Positions 1 through 8,146 of a DNA stretch of 64,000 bases are shown here, in pieces. Location of the stretch: assembly GCA_903946925.1 (NCBI GenBank), contig CAJAXK010000213.1:4444-68443 (forward strand), read 5' to 3'. Source of the DNA: an uncultured Bacteroidales bacterium. GTDB lineage: Bacteria; Bacteroidota; Bacteroidia; Bacteroidales; UBA4417. The translations under genes and the position numbers were made by a program. The number at the start of each line of letters is the position of its first letter. The stretch's first letter is position 1. The notes under the pieces were generated by a model. That model made no database searches. It worked only from the letters and a program-made list of their open reading frames with translations, and was not told where the DNA came from.

Positions 1-1763
1 GGGTGTTCAGCCACACCTTCAGAAGTAATACGCCAATATTTATCCCGAAAAAACAAGATTTGGTAATTTTTATCAGAGGTTTCAAATTTGGGATAGACAA
101 AGTCCATTTGGCCTAATTTATCCGGTCCCAAATACATATTACCACCTCGATAGAGCATATCCATTACATCAACCAAATCTTTTTTAGCAACTATTTCCTT
201 GGTGAAGTCAAAAACAAAGTCGCGGATCTGATATGCTTCCATCACGGTTACAACTTTGTTTTCAATCCTGGCTAACTGGTATTGTTTGTTGGCCATTTTG
301 ATACGGCCGAAGCCGCGACGGGCAAGGAAGTTGTAAGCGTATAGATACCGGAAATGAACTTCGGTTCTGGTGAAGCCAGATTTATCTTCCCGGTGTATCA
401 ATTCCCAATACTGTTCATCTTCGGTAAGAGGCTGTGAAGCTTCAAGTTCTTCATCTTTATTGAAACGCCATTTATGTTTTCCGATTTGGAATTCAGGCAA
501 ACCAATAAGTTCATCCTTATACCTTTTGGAGAAGGATTCTGCATTATGCAAATCCCAATATTCCTGTAATTTGAGATCGGAAACCGTTGAGATTTTGTTG
601 AGCTGAATAAACTTCCCCTGCCCGTTTTTTTCGTTAATGGTTGCGTTAATATCATCCAGCAGGGAAGTTTCCTGACCTGCCAGGGTGTTTGTAAGAAGGT
701 CGTCAATCCCTTTATCGTTATTATCATTTGGTTTTATATAGGCGAAATACGTTTCCAGGTAAATGCCCATATTGATAAAGGTTTTGAAGTATTCTCGGAA
801 GTTCCGGACAGCATAATAGAAGTTGTAAGGCCGTTTATCAACCTTATCCCCTACTTTCAGGTTATTGCTCAAGTGATCCCAATCGCTGTCAAGCAGAAAG
901 ATAACTTCTTCCACTTTGCAAGCCTGAATGAGCAATTGTAAATCATAAGGCAAACGGCCTTCAACAGCAATATTTTGTATTCCCATGATGCCGACGGAAG
1001 GAATGCCATGGAGCGAAGCTTTTAAAGCTTTTTTTTCACCTTCCTGAATGAAGAGCCTTTTTATTACTCTGCGTTCCTTGTATATCTGACGGATTGTTTC
1101 AGGAATGAAAAGGTGAGAGCCAGAGCCGTAAGGGCTGCTGTACTTCATTGGTTTGCCAGCTTTATCTTTATGAAGGTCGGGGTTCTGCCATCGGATGCGG
1201 AAGAGAGGTTCTGATTTGGTAGATTTGGGTTTCTGGTACATGATGGGTTTCCCATCGAGATCCAGGTACCAAATGATCATATCATCACCCGAACAAAGTT
1301 TGCCATACTGATCCCTTGTACCAGGTTCGAATACATCAATGATGGTAGTCCTATCATCATCATTGCGCATTGCTTTTTGTTCATCTTCTTTAATGCCAGA
1401 CATTTTCAATTGCCGGTCGCGGAAAGTTTCAGGTTTGGGCTGAGCTTTCCGTTGTGGGCCTTTGGGCTTTGGTGTTTCAACAATATCAATGCTGAATATT
1501 TTTGCAACAATGGCTAGAGCAGTCGGGAAGCTTACCTTTTTGTAATCCATCACAAACTGAGTGCTGCTGTTACCGCCATAGCCACATTTGAAGCATTTAA
1601 AAATCTGCCTTGATTTGGTAATGACAAGGCTTTCTTCTGTATTGCAATTATGGCATTTAGCAACCGTTTTGTTACCCTTTTTCTTTAGTTCAATAAAATC
1701 ACCGATTGTTCTGGTAATTTCAGATTCCTTTAGTATTTTTTCTTTCAATTCATTTGAAATCAT
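1..1763 (-). CDS. DNA primase, phage/mobile-element type (CHC2 zinc finger + TOPRIM); C-terminus runs off the window start
   Basis: Own translation from ATG at complement(1761..1763): MISNELKEKILKES... The frame stays open to position 1, so it has no stop in the window and is absent from the ORF track. Zinc finger AKCHNCN...FKCFKCGYGGN. TOPRIM Glu in LFIQEGEKKALK and DxD in FLLDSDWD. Track ORFs 370-727 and 1588-1779 lie inside it. Confidence 0.8.
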   Translation of the reverse strand, partial: MISNELKEKILKESEITRTIGDFIELKKKGNKTVAKCHNCNTEESLVITKSRQIFKCFKCGYGGNSSTQFVMDYKKVSFPTALAIVAKIFSIDIVETPKPKGPQRKAQPKPETFRDRQLKMSGIKEDEQKAMRNDDDRTTIIDVFEPGTRDQYGKLCSGDDMIIWYLDLDGKPIMYQKPKSTKSEPLFRIRWQNPDLHKDKAGKPMKYSSPYGSGSHLFIPETIRQIYKERRVIKRLFIQEGEKKALKASLHGIPSVGIMGIQNIAVEGRLPYDLQLLIQACKVEEVIFLLDSDWDHLSNNLKVGDKVDKRPYNFYYAVRNFREYFKTFINMGIYLETYFAYIKPNDNNDKGIDDLLTNTLAGQETSLLDDINATINEKNGQGKFIQLNKISTVSDLKLQEYWDLHNAESFSKRYKDELIGLPEFQIGKHKWRFNKDEELEASQPLTEDEQYWELIHREDKSGFTRTEVHFRYLYAYNFLARRGFGRIKMANKQYQLARIENKVVTVMEAYQIRDFVFDFTKEIVAKKDLVDVMDMLYRGGNMYLGPDKLGQMDFVYPKFETSDKNYQILFFRDKYWRITSEGVAEH

Positions 1764-1827
1764 AAAAGCGAGACAATAAAATGTAGTACAATAAAAAATT
1801 TCAAGAAAAGGATTTGAATCGAAAGAG

Positions 1828-2208
1828 TTAAGATCCTGAAAGAATCTTATACATATTGATTACATTGAACCGTTCTGTAAATGAGGCATCGGTAGGGATA
1901 TCAGAAGGTGAAATGTTTGTGGAAATAATTATAAGTTTAGGGCTAATATTAAGCTGTTCGTATGGCATACCAATTGCAATAGACCGAGTGAAAAAATATA
2001 AATCTTCGAGCTGAGCGGCAGCAAGCAGGTCATAAATAATTACAGCCTTTGTAGCTGCATTGCATTTGGAAAATAAATCTCGTGAAATTGAAGGCTCGAT
2101 TACAGAGCAAAATTCACGTTCAGATTTATTAAGGTTTTCTATCAGTTTTTCTGCTTGTACAATGTTTTTTCTTAAGGATGGACCGAGTATTAATGTATGT
2201 TTTTGCAT
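1828..2208 (-). CDS. hypothetical protein of the phage-like early block
   Basis: 126-aa ORF, same strand and tightly packed with its neighbours. No motif I can name with confidence. Confidence 0.45.
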   Translation of the reverse strand: MQKHTLILGPSLRKNIVQAEKLIENLNKSEREFCSVIEPSISRDLFSKCNAATKAVIIYDLLAAAQLEDLYFFTRSIAIGMPYEQLNISPKLIIISTNISPSDIPTDASFTERFNVINMYKILSGS

Positions 2209-2229
2209 GATTTTACAATTTGGAAACAG

Positions 2230-2460
2230 TTACCAAGCGGCCTGTTCGCTTAGTTCTGCCATAAGGTTAGTGATTGTGTAATTTGTGTTTTCGAGTTTTT
2301 CTATAAGCATGGTCTGTTTCACTTCGCTTTCGTTTGGATATACAATTGCTTTTTGAATCAAACCATTGTTTCTGTTAATACGCTCTATGAATAAGCTGTT
2401 TATTAAGGCAACTTCTTCTTCGTTAAGAAACAAGTGTATGGGGTGGCGTTCTTCTGACAT
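2230..2460 (-). CDS. hypothetical small protein (phage-like block)
   Basis: 76-aa ORF. There is a 9-nt gap to the upstream gene and a 21-nt gap to the downstream gene. Confidence 0.4.
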   Translation of the reverse strand: MSEERHPIHLFLNEEEVALINSLFIERINRNNGLIQKAIVYPNESEVKQTMLIEKLENTNYTITNLMAELSEQAAW

Positions 2461-2469
2461 AAGAATAGA

Positions 2470-3081
2470 TTAAAATGGCAAATCATCTTCAGAAGCAGGA
2501 TTGGAAGGTAATGGAGGGCTGGAAAACCCCTGGTCAGGTGAAGATGAAGGAATTTTTGCAATAACATTCGCTTGTATATACTCGAACAAAAATTTCATCT
2601 GTTCTGTATCGTCGTAAGTATCTTTTCCTTTAACTTCGATTTTCTTCATTTGTGGAAGATCCCCTGGCTGGTCCTTTGTCCACTTCAAAGGAACTTTCAC
2701 ACCATTTTGAGTAACCCATGTAAAAGGATGGTCAGCTTTTGCAATTTTTATTTCGATTGGGTTTTTCAAGTTGATATTTGGTAAGCGCATCAAGATCCCT
2801 TTACTTTCCCGGGATGAATATTGTGTGGCAAGGGAATAAACTTCTTCTTTGTCGCGGAGGGTAAAGACAATATTCCGGAAAGTTCCATTTGCATTTTCAG
2901 TTTTAAAGTCCTGAACATTTTCAAGGAAGCCAGAAATGCTATCAAAGTGCAGTTCAAAAACTTTTGTTCCGTTTTTGTTAATGCGCTCTTTGGCTTTTGG
3001 GTTGGACTGGTCGGTTTTAACCGTAAATTTTCCGTCGTAAACAGAAATAAAGATTTTGTTTTCGCTTGTATTTTCCAGCAT
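2470..3081 (-). CDS. SSB-tail-bearing protein (putative ssDNA-binding/replication accessory protein)
   Basis: C-terminus SSSPDQGFSSPPLPSNPASEDDLPF: a Pro/Ser linker plus an acidic DDLPF tip, as in bacterial and phage SSBs. It sits in the replication module. Confidence 0.55.
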   Translation of the reverse strand: MLENTSENKIFISVYDGKFTVKTDQSNPKAKERINKNGTKVFELHFDSISGFLENVQDFKTENANGTFRNIVFTLRDKEEVYSLATQYSSRESKGILMRLPNINLKNPIEIKIAKADHPFTWVTQNGVKVPLKWTKDQPGDLPQMKKIEVKGKDTYDDTEQMKFLFEYIQANVIAKIPSSSPDQGFSSPPLPSNPASEDDLPF

Positions 3082-3105
3082 GATAATTAAGTATTAAAAG
3101 GGATG

Positions 3106-3300
3106 TTAATCAATGTTTTTTAAAATTTCGTTTGAATGATCAATCAGTTCGTTGACCTGCCTTATTTCTTTATTTAAAGCATCTATTTCCTCCAACGACT
3201 CAGAGAAATTTCGGGCCATCATTAAAGAGGTAGCGGCAATTTCGAGGCATTTCAGGTTTAGGTTAATTAAGGGTTTTGAGCCCAGGACAAACACGTTCAT
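3106..3300 (-). CDS. hypothetical small protein
   Basis: 64-aa ORF. Its ATG follows the stop of the upstream 55-aa ORF by 1 nt. Confidence 0.35.
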   Translation of the reverse strand: MNVFVLGSKPLINLNLKCLEIAATSLMMARNFSESLEEIDALNKEIRQVNELIDHSNEILKNID

Positions 3301-3301
3301 C

Positions 3302-3469
3302 TTACATTTCCTCCAAGTTTGAAATTACGATAGTTACTTTGCAAAGTTTTTTCAACTTGGCTTCGGCTTCTTTTTTGTTTTTTACACCAGTAACCGGAAG
3401 TGACCTGGTAAATTCTTCTCCATTATCTAGGATGGAATAAGTAGCCATAAATGTTTTTTTCTTTGACAT
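3302..3469 (-). CDS. hypothetical small protein (55 aa, below the ORF-track cutoff)
   Basis: Own translation: MSKKKTFMATYSILDNGEEFTRSLPVTGVKNKKEAEAKLKKLCKVTIVISNLEEM. It exactly fills the gap between two track ORFs on the same strand. Confidence 0.35.
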   Translation of the reverse strand: MSKKKTFMATYSILDNGEEFTRSLPVTGVKNKKEAEAKLKKLCKVTIVISNLEEM

Positions 3470-3473
3470 AAGC

Positions 3474-3779
3474 CTATGCATTTAAAAGTTTTGAAGATAA
3501 ATTATTGGTTATGTGAATATTTCTTTGCTGATAAAAGAAAAGTTTTTTTGAAATAATGCAATTCACAGTCAGGAACAATTTTAATTGTTCAACTGTATTG
3601 GAATTAATTTCTTCGATATAAGCTTTCAATACACTTCTTTCAAAAGCAATTCTAAGATTACACATTAAACTAAGAGGCAGGTCGGCAAACATGCCAATGC
3701 CTCCATTATGAATAAAATAGATTTTGCCATGCTTGTAATAGAATTTGTAGTCAGCGAAAGCGAAATAAAGATGTTTCAT
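3474..3779 (-). CDS. hypothetical protein
   Basis: 101-aa ORF in the same tight minus-strand block. Confidence 0.4.
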   Translation of the reverse strand: MKHLYFAFADYKFYYKHGKIYFIHNGGIGMFADLPLSLMCNLRIAFERSVLKAYIEEINSNTVEQLKLFLTVNCIISKKLFFYQQRNIHITNNLSSKLLNA

Positions 3780-3790
3780 AGCTGATAAGC

Positions 3791-4003
3791 TTAAAGGTTA
3801 GAGATTTCGTTTTTACGTTTCATTTGAATAGCTTTTTCTTCTTTGGCCAGGGCAATAGCTTCATCAATGATGAAGTCGTTATTCCGTAGCCCTTTCAGGA
3901 CCAGTGTGATAAACGCTTTGCTTTTTTGGGTTCTTTTGCTCAAAGTAGTTAGAGCACCTCTTGACAGCGATTTTTTTAATTTTTCAAGCTCTTGCAGTTC
4001 CAT
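3791..4003 (-). CDS. small basic protein at the cro/first-early-gene position
   Basis: 70 aa and Lys/Arg-rich. It is the first gene transcribed leftwards from the switch region, opposite the CI-type repressor. Confidence 0.4.
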   Translation of the reverse strand: MELQELEKLKKSLSRGALTTLSKRTQKSKAFITLVLKGLRNNDFIIDEAIALAKEEKAIQMKRKNEISNL

Positions 4004-4200
4004 TTTTTAAAGAATTAAATTAATTAAAGAATTAATGTATTTTTAAAGGATTATTTAATAAATGTTTACATATAGATAACAAAATGTCGTATATTTGTAA
4101 ACAAGTAACAAAAATAAATAAAGAAAACATACTAATCAGTTAAGAAAATCATAAAACATAAGATTTTCTTATATTTATATTCATTCTTAATAATGGAATT
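4004..4200. promoter_or_regulatory. divergent switch region (candidate promoters and operator)
   Basis: 197 bp and very AT-rich. Inverted repeat TGTTTACA (4063-4070) / TGTAAACA (4096-4103). TAtaTTTG -7 box on + at 4090-4097. TAttTTTG on - at complement(4109-4116). Direct repeat TAAAGAATTAA x2 near 4009-4036. Confidence 0.4.
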
Positions 4201-4593
4201 ATGGAAACCATAGGAGAAAGGCTTTCCGAAGTTATTGGAAGCCTGAACATTACTAACCGAAAATTTGCAGAAGCAGTCGGAGAGCATGAAGCGAAAATTT
4301 CTTCATACCGGAGGAATATGTATAAGCCAAGTGCAGATACTATTGTCGCAATAGCGGAAACGTACAGAAACCTTAATATACGGTGGCTTTTGACCGGGGA
4401 AGGTGAAATGTGGCGGGAAGAAACGGCAGTGGATAGAACTTTAAAGCTTTCTGAGCAAAAAACGAAGATCATTACTTTGCTTACAGATATGCTTGTAATG
4501 AATCACGAATTGCTAGAGAATATTGCTGAGTTGGTAGGTACTGAAAAGCAAATTTTACTTAAACAAATAAAGACAGGCTTTCATAATCAATAA
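4201..4593 (+). CDS. phage CI-type HTH repressor (XRE-like)
   Basis: N-terminal HTH (RLSEVIGSLNITNRKFAEAVGEHEAKISSYRRN) followed by IRWLLTGEGEMW, the hallmark end of the phage CI repressor HTH domain. Confidence 0.75.
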   Translation: METIGERLSEVIGSLNITNRKFAEAVGEHEAKISSYRRNMYKPSADTIVAIAETYRNLNIRWLLTGEGEMWREETAVDRTLKLSEQKTKIITLLTDMLVMNHELLENIAELVGTEKQILLKQIKTGFHNQ

Positions 4594-4893
4594 GATACAC
4601 ACAAATAAAGCAAAATGCAATTTTACTTTGCTTAATAATTCATAACTGTGTCAAGGGGAGGGGGTTGAATAAATGTAAGTAATTGGTAATATGCAGTTTA
4701 CTAAGTAGTTTATATAGAATTGATACAGATAGCGTTAGTTTTTTACTTATTATTAATTATAGGACTTTTTATAGAAATCTAATTATTATGATATTCAATT
4801 ATGGCGTGAATTTATTTGCAGATGAGTCCTGACATCGTTTAAGCGATATTACTTCAATTTTATCTTTGAGTCCACTCCGAAAAGTCTTTTTTC

Positions 4894-4993
4894 GCCACAA
4901 AGGCACAAAGGCACAAAGTCTCTAAGTTTCACTAAGTTTATAACGCTGAATAACAATGCTTTGTGAACCTTTGTGTCATAGTGTCTTAGTGGC
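4894..4993. repeat. hairpin-type intergenic repeat (CACAAAG-rich inverted arms)
   Basis: Left arm gccacaaaggcacaaaggcacaaag (4894-4918). Right arm ctttgtgaacctttgtgtcatagtgtcttagtggc (4959-4993) is its imperfect reverse complement. Confidence 0.55.
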
Positions 4994-5248
4994 GTTTCTT
5001 CATTTTTAGGTTTTCGGATCTGACTCATATCTTTAAGTATTTTGTAAACAAGCCGATGTTCGTCGTTTATATGCCTCGACCAACAAACCGACAACTCATG
5101 TTTAAGACATTAGGGTTTCGCTACGCCTGTGGTTGGCGTTTCTGCTATAATATACAATATCTGGGAAATCTTCTTTTGTACGGCTTTGTTTCCGCTTTTT
5201 TCCAAAACAATAGATATTCTTCGGCTACTGGTGTATAATTATTTCCAT
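4975..5248 (-). pseudogene. Txe/YoeB-family toxin pseudogene
   Basis: Minus strand reads MEII, then a frameshift, then ...EKSGNKAVQKKISQILYIIAETPTTGVAKP*CLKHELSVCWSRHINDEHRLVYKI. YoeB-like motifs are present, but there is an in-frame TAA and a 1-nt frame break after codon 4. The 3' end runs into the hairpin repeat. Confidence 0.6.
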
Positions 5249-5346
5249 ATTTAAGGGTAAATGTCAATACCCTGTATAATATTGGATTGTCAGTAGGTTG
5301 AGTTTGCGTTTGTATATTTTGATTATTTTTGTAAAAATTAAATTCT

Positions 5347-5583
5347 ATGGAAACCTTAATTATTCACCTGGATAAAAGCGCCGATAAAGCAAAGTTGAAA
5401 TCTGCATTAAAATTGATGCGCGGAATTGCAAGTGTTACGGATAAAATTACCCGATCCGATTTCGAGGATATGGCGGACGATATTTTGGTTAAAGAAATGA
5501 TAAAAGCCGAAAAAAGCCCTTTATTGTCTTATGAGGATGGTAAAAAAGAGTTTTCGCGCATTAAAAAAAGGTTAGCTAAATGA
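5347..5583 (+). CDS. putative antitoxin of the RelE/ParE pair
   Basis: 78 aa. Its stop overlaps the downstream toxin start (ATGA), the usual type II TA arrangement. Confidence 0.5.
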   Translation: METLIIHLDKSADKAKLKSALKLMRGIASVTDKITRSDFEDMADDILVKEMIKAEKSPLLSYEDGKKEFSRIKKRLAK

Positions 5584-5846
5584 TAGTAAAATACCGAAAA
5601 GCCTTTTTTGCTGATCTGGCAACTATAAATCGGCTTGATTCCATTGATAATATTGAGTTTGTTACAGAGTGCGCCAATAAAGAAATTAACCCTGTGGATA
5701 TTCCCGGATTTAAGTGGCTTAGACAATATCCGGGAATAGCAAGGGTTGAGTGTGTTCCATATCGCATTGGCGTAGAAGTTATAGGCGATACAATTATTTT
5801 TAAACGCGTGCTTGACAGGTCTGTTTTTTATCTTCAATTTCCATAA
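5580..5846 (+). CDS. RelE/ParE-family type II toxin
   Basis: 88 aa. C-terminal YRIGVEVIGDTIIFKRVLDRSVFY..FP matches the RelE/ParE pattern (YRI..., I.F.RV.HR..iY..FP). Confidence 0.7.
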   Translation: MIVKYRKAFFADLATINRLDSIDNIEFVTECANKEINPVDIPGFKWLRQYPGIARVECVPYRIGVEVIGDTIIFKRVLDRSVFYLQFP

Positions 5847-6045
5847 AAGTATCATCATCCCTCCTATCCAAAAACCGCCTTATCTGGCCATGGCGCATAT
5901 CGTTGCACGCGTGTAATAATGTCGTGGAACTGAAACTCATGGATAAGGTTGCATGTTATAAGCACGAATGACAGGCATTTTAAAAACCTGGGTTAATCCA
6001 TTTCGTGGATAAGGTTAAGCAGGTTTAACTGAACAAAAAATTAAT

Positions 6046-6138
6046 CGCAGAAAACCGCAAAGTTTATCGAAGAGAACTGCATAGAAATGCGATTTTTCTT
6101 GCTCTGCCACTCTTTGCGAGTCCTCAGCGCACTTTGCG
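6046..6138. repeat. hairpin-type intergenic repeat (CGCAAAG-rich inverted arms)
   Basis: cgcagaaaaccgcaaag (6046-6062) against ctttgcgagtcctcagcgcactttgcg (6112-6138). Same architecture as the 4894-4993 element. Confidence 0.5.
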
Positions 6139-6524
6139 TTTACACTTTCAGTATCCACATTCATTTACTAAACGACATTGAATAACGAATTATGGCTGTT
6201 AATCAGTGGGTTATATTCGTCAACCGTAATTCGTACACCGTAAATCATAAATAAACCTGACTTTTTGGACAGACTCTAATTATAGAGAAAGGCAAAACAC
6301 CGGTTTGGGTACGGCATAACAGTTATCGTGCTATTCTTTATGTTTTTGATGCAAAGTTTGTTATACACCGAGTACCCACATCGGCATACTCAGTGGTCAC
6401 CCAGCACATCACTCCGAGGTTTTCTTTTTTAGGGCTATCGGAGCAGACTCAAAAGCTTATCTCCCATATACTGCATTCCTGCCCCAAAAATTAAAATTTG
6501 AGCCATAGTGGAGGTAAAAAAGTC

Positions 6525-6953
6525 CTAAGCCTCGTTTAAATCCTCCCAACGTATGTTCCTATTTGATTTTTTCTCCGACAACTCCTTTTTGCTTTCAATC
6601 CGTTTCAATTTCGATCCTTTAGTTGGCTTTGTGGCGATTCGTTCTTCATCGGTTTCAAAAGCCTTTATAATAAGGCTGCAAAATTTATCAGTTACCAATT
6701 TCCGGTTTGCCAACTGGGTGCGTTCGCGGCCTGAACTAATCCGAAAAATGCCATGCTTCGAAACCCTTGTATGAAGTTCAGACAAAATTATATCTTTTTG
6801 ATCCTGGGTCAAGACATTCGATTCCAGTACGTTGAGCAATAAAATAACTTTGGTTGAAACCTTGTTTACATTTTGACCACCGCTCCCACTGCTCCTTGTG
6901 GCTTCGAAATGGCATTCTAATAGAAGGGTTTTAAGGTCAGGAAGGTTGTCCAT
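6525..6953 (-). CDS. arfB: alternative ribosome-rescue factor ArfB (peptidyl-tRNA hydrolase, GGQ)
   Basis: TRSSGSGGQNVNKVSTKV GGQ motif, about 140 aa, basic C-terminal tail. Confidence 0.9.
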   Translation of the reverse strand: MDNLPDLKTLLLECHFEATRSSGSGGQNVNKVSTKVILLLNVLESNVLTQDQKDIILSELHTRVSKHGIFRISSGRERTQLANRKLVTDKFCSLIIKAFETDEERIATKPTKGSKLKRIESKKELSEKKSNRNIRWEDLNEA

Positions 6954-7068
6954 AATTTAAAAAGTGCGTTTATCGTGTATCAACAAAATCAATCTGTATA
7001 ATACCATGCAAAGTTCAGAAAAGAAAACTGAAAGTAAAAATCTATTCCCCACCGACTTGAATCTTGTT

Positions 7069-8130
7069 TTATTCGGGAAAAGCAAAAGCTTTGGGAATAA
7101 TCCCTGCTTGTATTGAATCAATAACCAAACCATTATCGGCTTTTATTCGAACTACAATTCCATTGTTTATATAGTCTTTTGCATCACAAGCATACAAGTA
7201 TCCAGTTTTATTTTCGTAATCAATTGAATAAAAATTCCTGGAAACCAATTTTTCAGGCGATGAACCAGAAGTTTCTATATTGAAGCTATATATCCCATAA
7301 TTGTAAAGGAAATAGATTTTTGATTTTTGCTTATTGATTAGCAATTTTTCAGGATGTAAATCACTGGATGTGAAGCTATAATTGAAATCAACCGAAAGTG
7401 AAACGGGATCAATCCTCATCAACTTCCCGGGCGTATCCCCACTTTGTGGCCATCCGGTAAACCCTTTTCCTTTACAAATTACCCAAATACGGCCATTGCC
7501 ATCGGCTACCATACCTGATGGGGCCTCCCCTACTTTTATAGTTTTAACAACCTTATCTGTACCAAAATCTATTACTGTAATTGTGCTATCAATCCCTAAA
7601 CCACCCATATTAGCAACATAAACATATTTCCCCGATTTCAGCATGGCATCCGGCCCTGTACCTGCGGCTATGTTGTTTGTTACTGTATTCGATTGAAGAT
7701 CAACCACTGCAATCTGACCAATCCAATCGCTCACATAAGCTTTTTTTGAATCAACAATCAAAAATTGGCTTGGGTTAGTAAGATTGGCAATTAACCCTTC
7801 CGATTTAAACGTTGTTGCATTTACCACTTCCACTTTTGCGGCATTGTTTACAACAATATATGCTTTGTTGTTGTACAGAGTTATGGCCTGCGCAATGTTG
7901 CCAAGCGGGCGGCCATTAACGGCATCAAAAATATCCTGTTTTGCCAGGTTGCTGTCGGGCTTGTAAAAGGTAATTGTTCCGGTACCGGTTTGGAAAGGGC
8001 CTTCGTTCACAATAAAAATGCCATTGCTGAAAGCGCCTTGCTGGTTATCCTCATTGTCTTTGGTACAAGAAGTAAAACTAATTGTGGCTAAAAAAGCCAA
8101 AACCTGAAATGTTGTTTTAAATGTTCTCAT
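7069..8130 (-). CDS. YncE/DUF5074-like beta-propeller surface lipoprotein in the B12 uptake operon
   Basis: Lipoprotein signal MRTFKTTFQVLAFLATISFTSC. Repeated blade-like segments (AYIVVNN, AYVSDW, VYVANMG, IWVICKG). Lies 16 nt downstream of the TonB-dependent receptor. Confidence 0.65.
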   Translation of the reverse strand: MRTFKTTFQVLAFLATISFTSCTKDNEDNQQGAFSNGIFIVNEGPFQTGTGTITFYKPDSNLAKQDIFDAVNGRPLGNIAQAITLYNNKAYIVVNNAAKVEVVNATTFKSEGLIANLTNPSQFLIVDSKKAYVSDWIGQIAVVDLQSNTVTNNIAAGTGPDAMLKSGKYVYVANMGGLGIDSTITVIDFGTDKVVKTIKVGEAPSGMVADGNGRIWVICKGKGFTGWPQSGDTPGKLMRIDPVSLSVDFNYSFTSSDLHPEKLLINKQKSKIYFLYNYGIYSFNIETSGSSPEKLVSRNFYSIDYENKTGYLYACDAKDYINNGIVVRIKADNGLVIDSIQAGIIPKAFAFPE

Positions 8131-8146
8131 TTTACAATTTGTTTAA

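Noticed and set aside
370-1779. Track ORFs 370-606(+), 398-727(-) and 1588-1779(+) as genes
   Set aside because: They lie inside, or in other frames of, the long minus-strand primase frame that is open from 1763 to 1. Their translations are low-complexity junk.
4594-6524. Integrase gene or remnant expected beside the CI-type repressor
   Set aside because: No frame gives tyrosine- or serine-recombinase-like sequence. Only the TA genes, a pseudogene and repeats are present.
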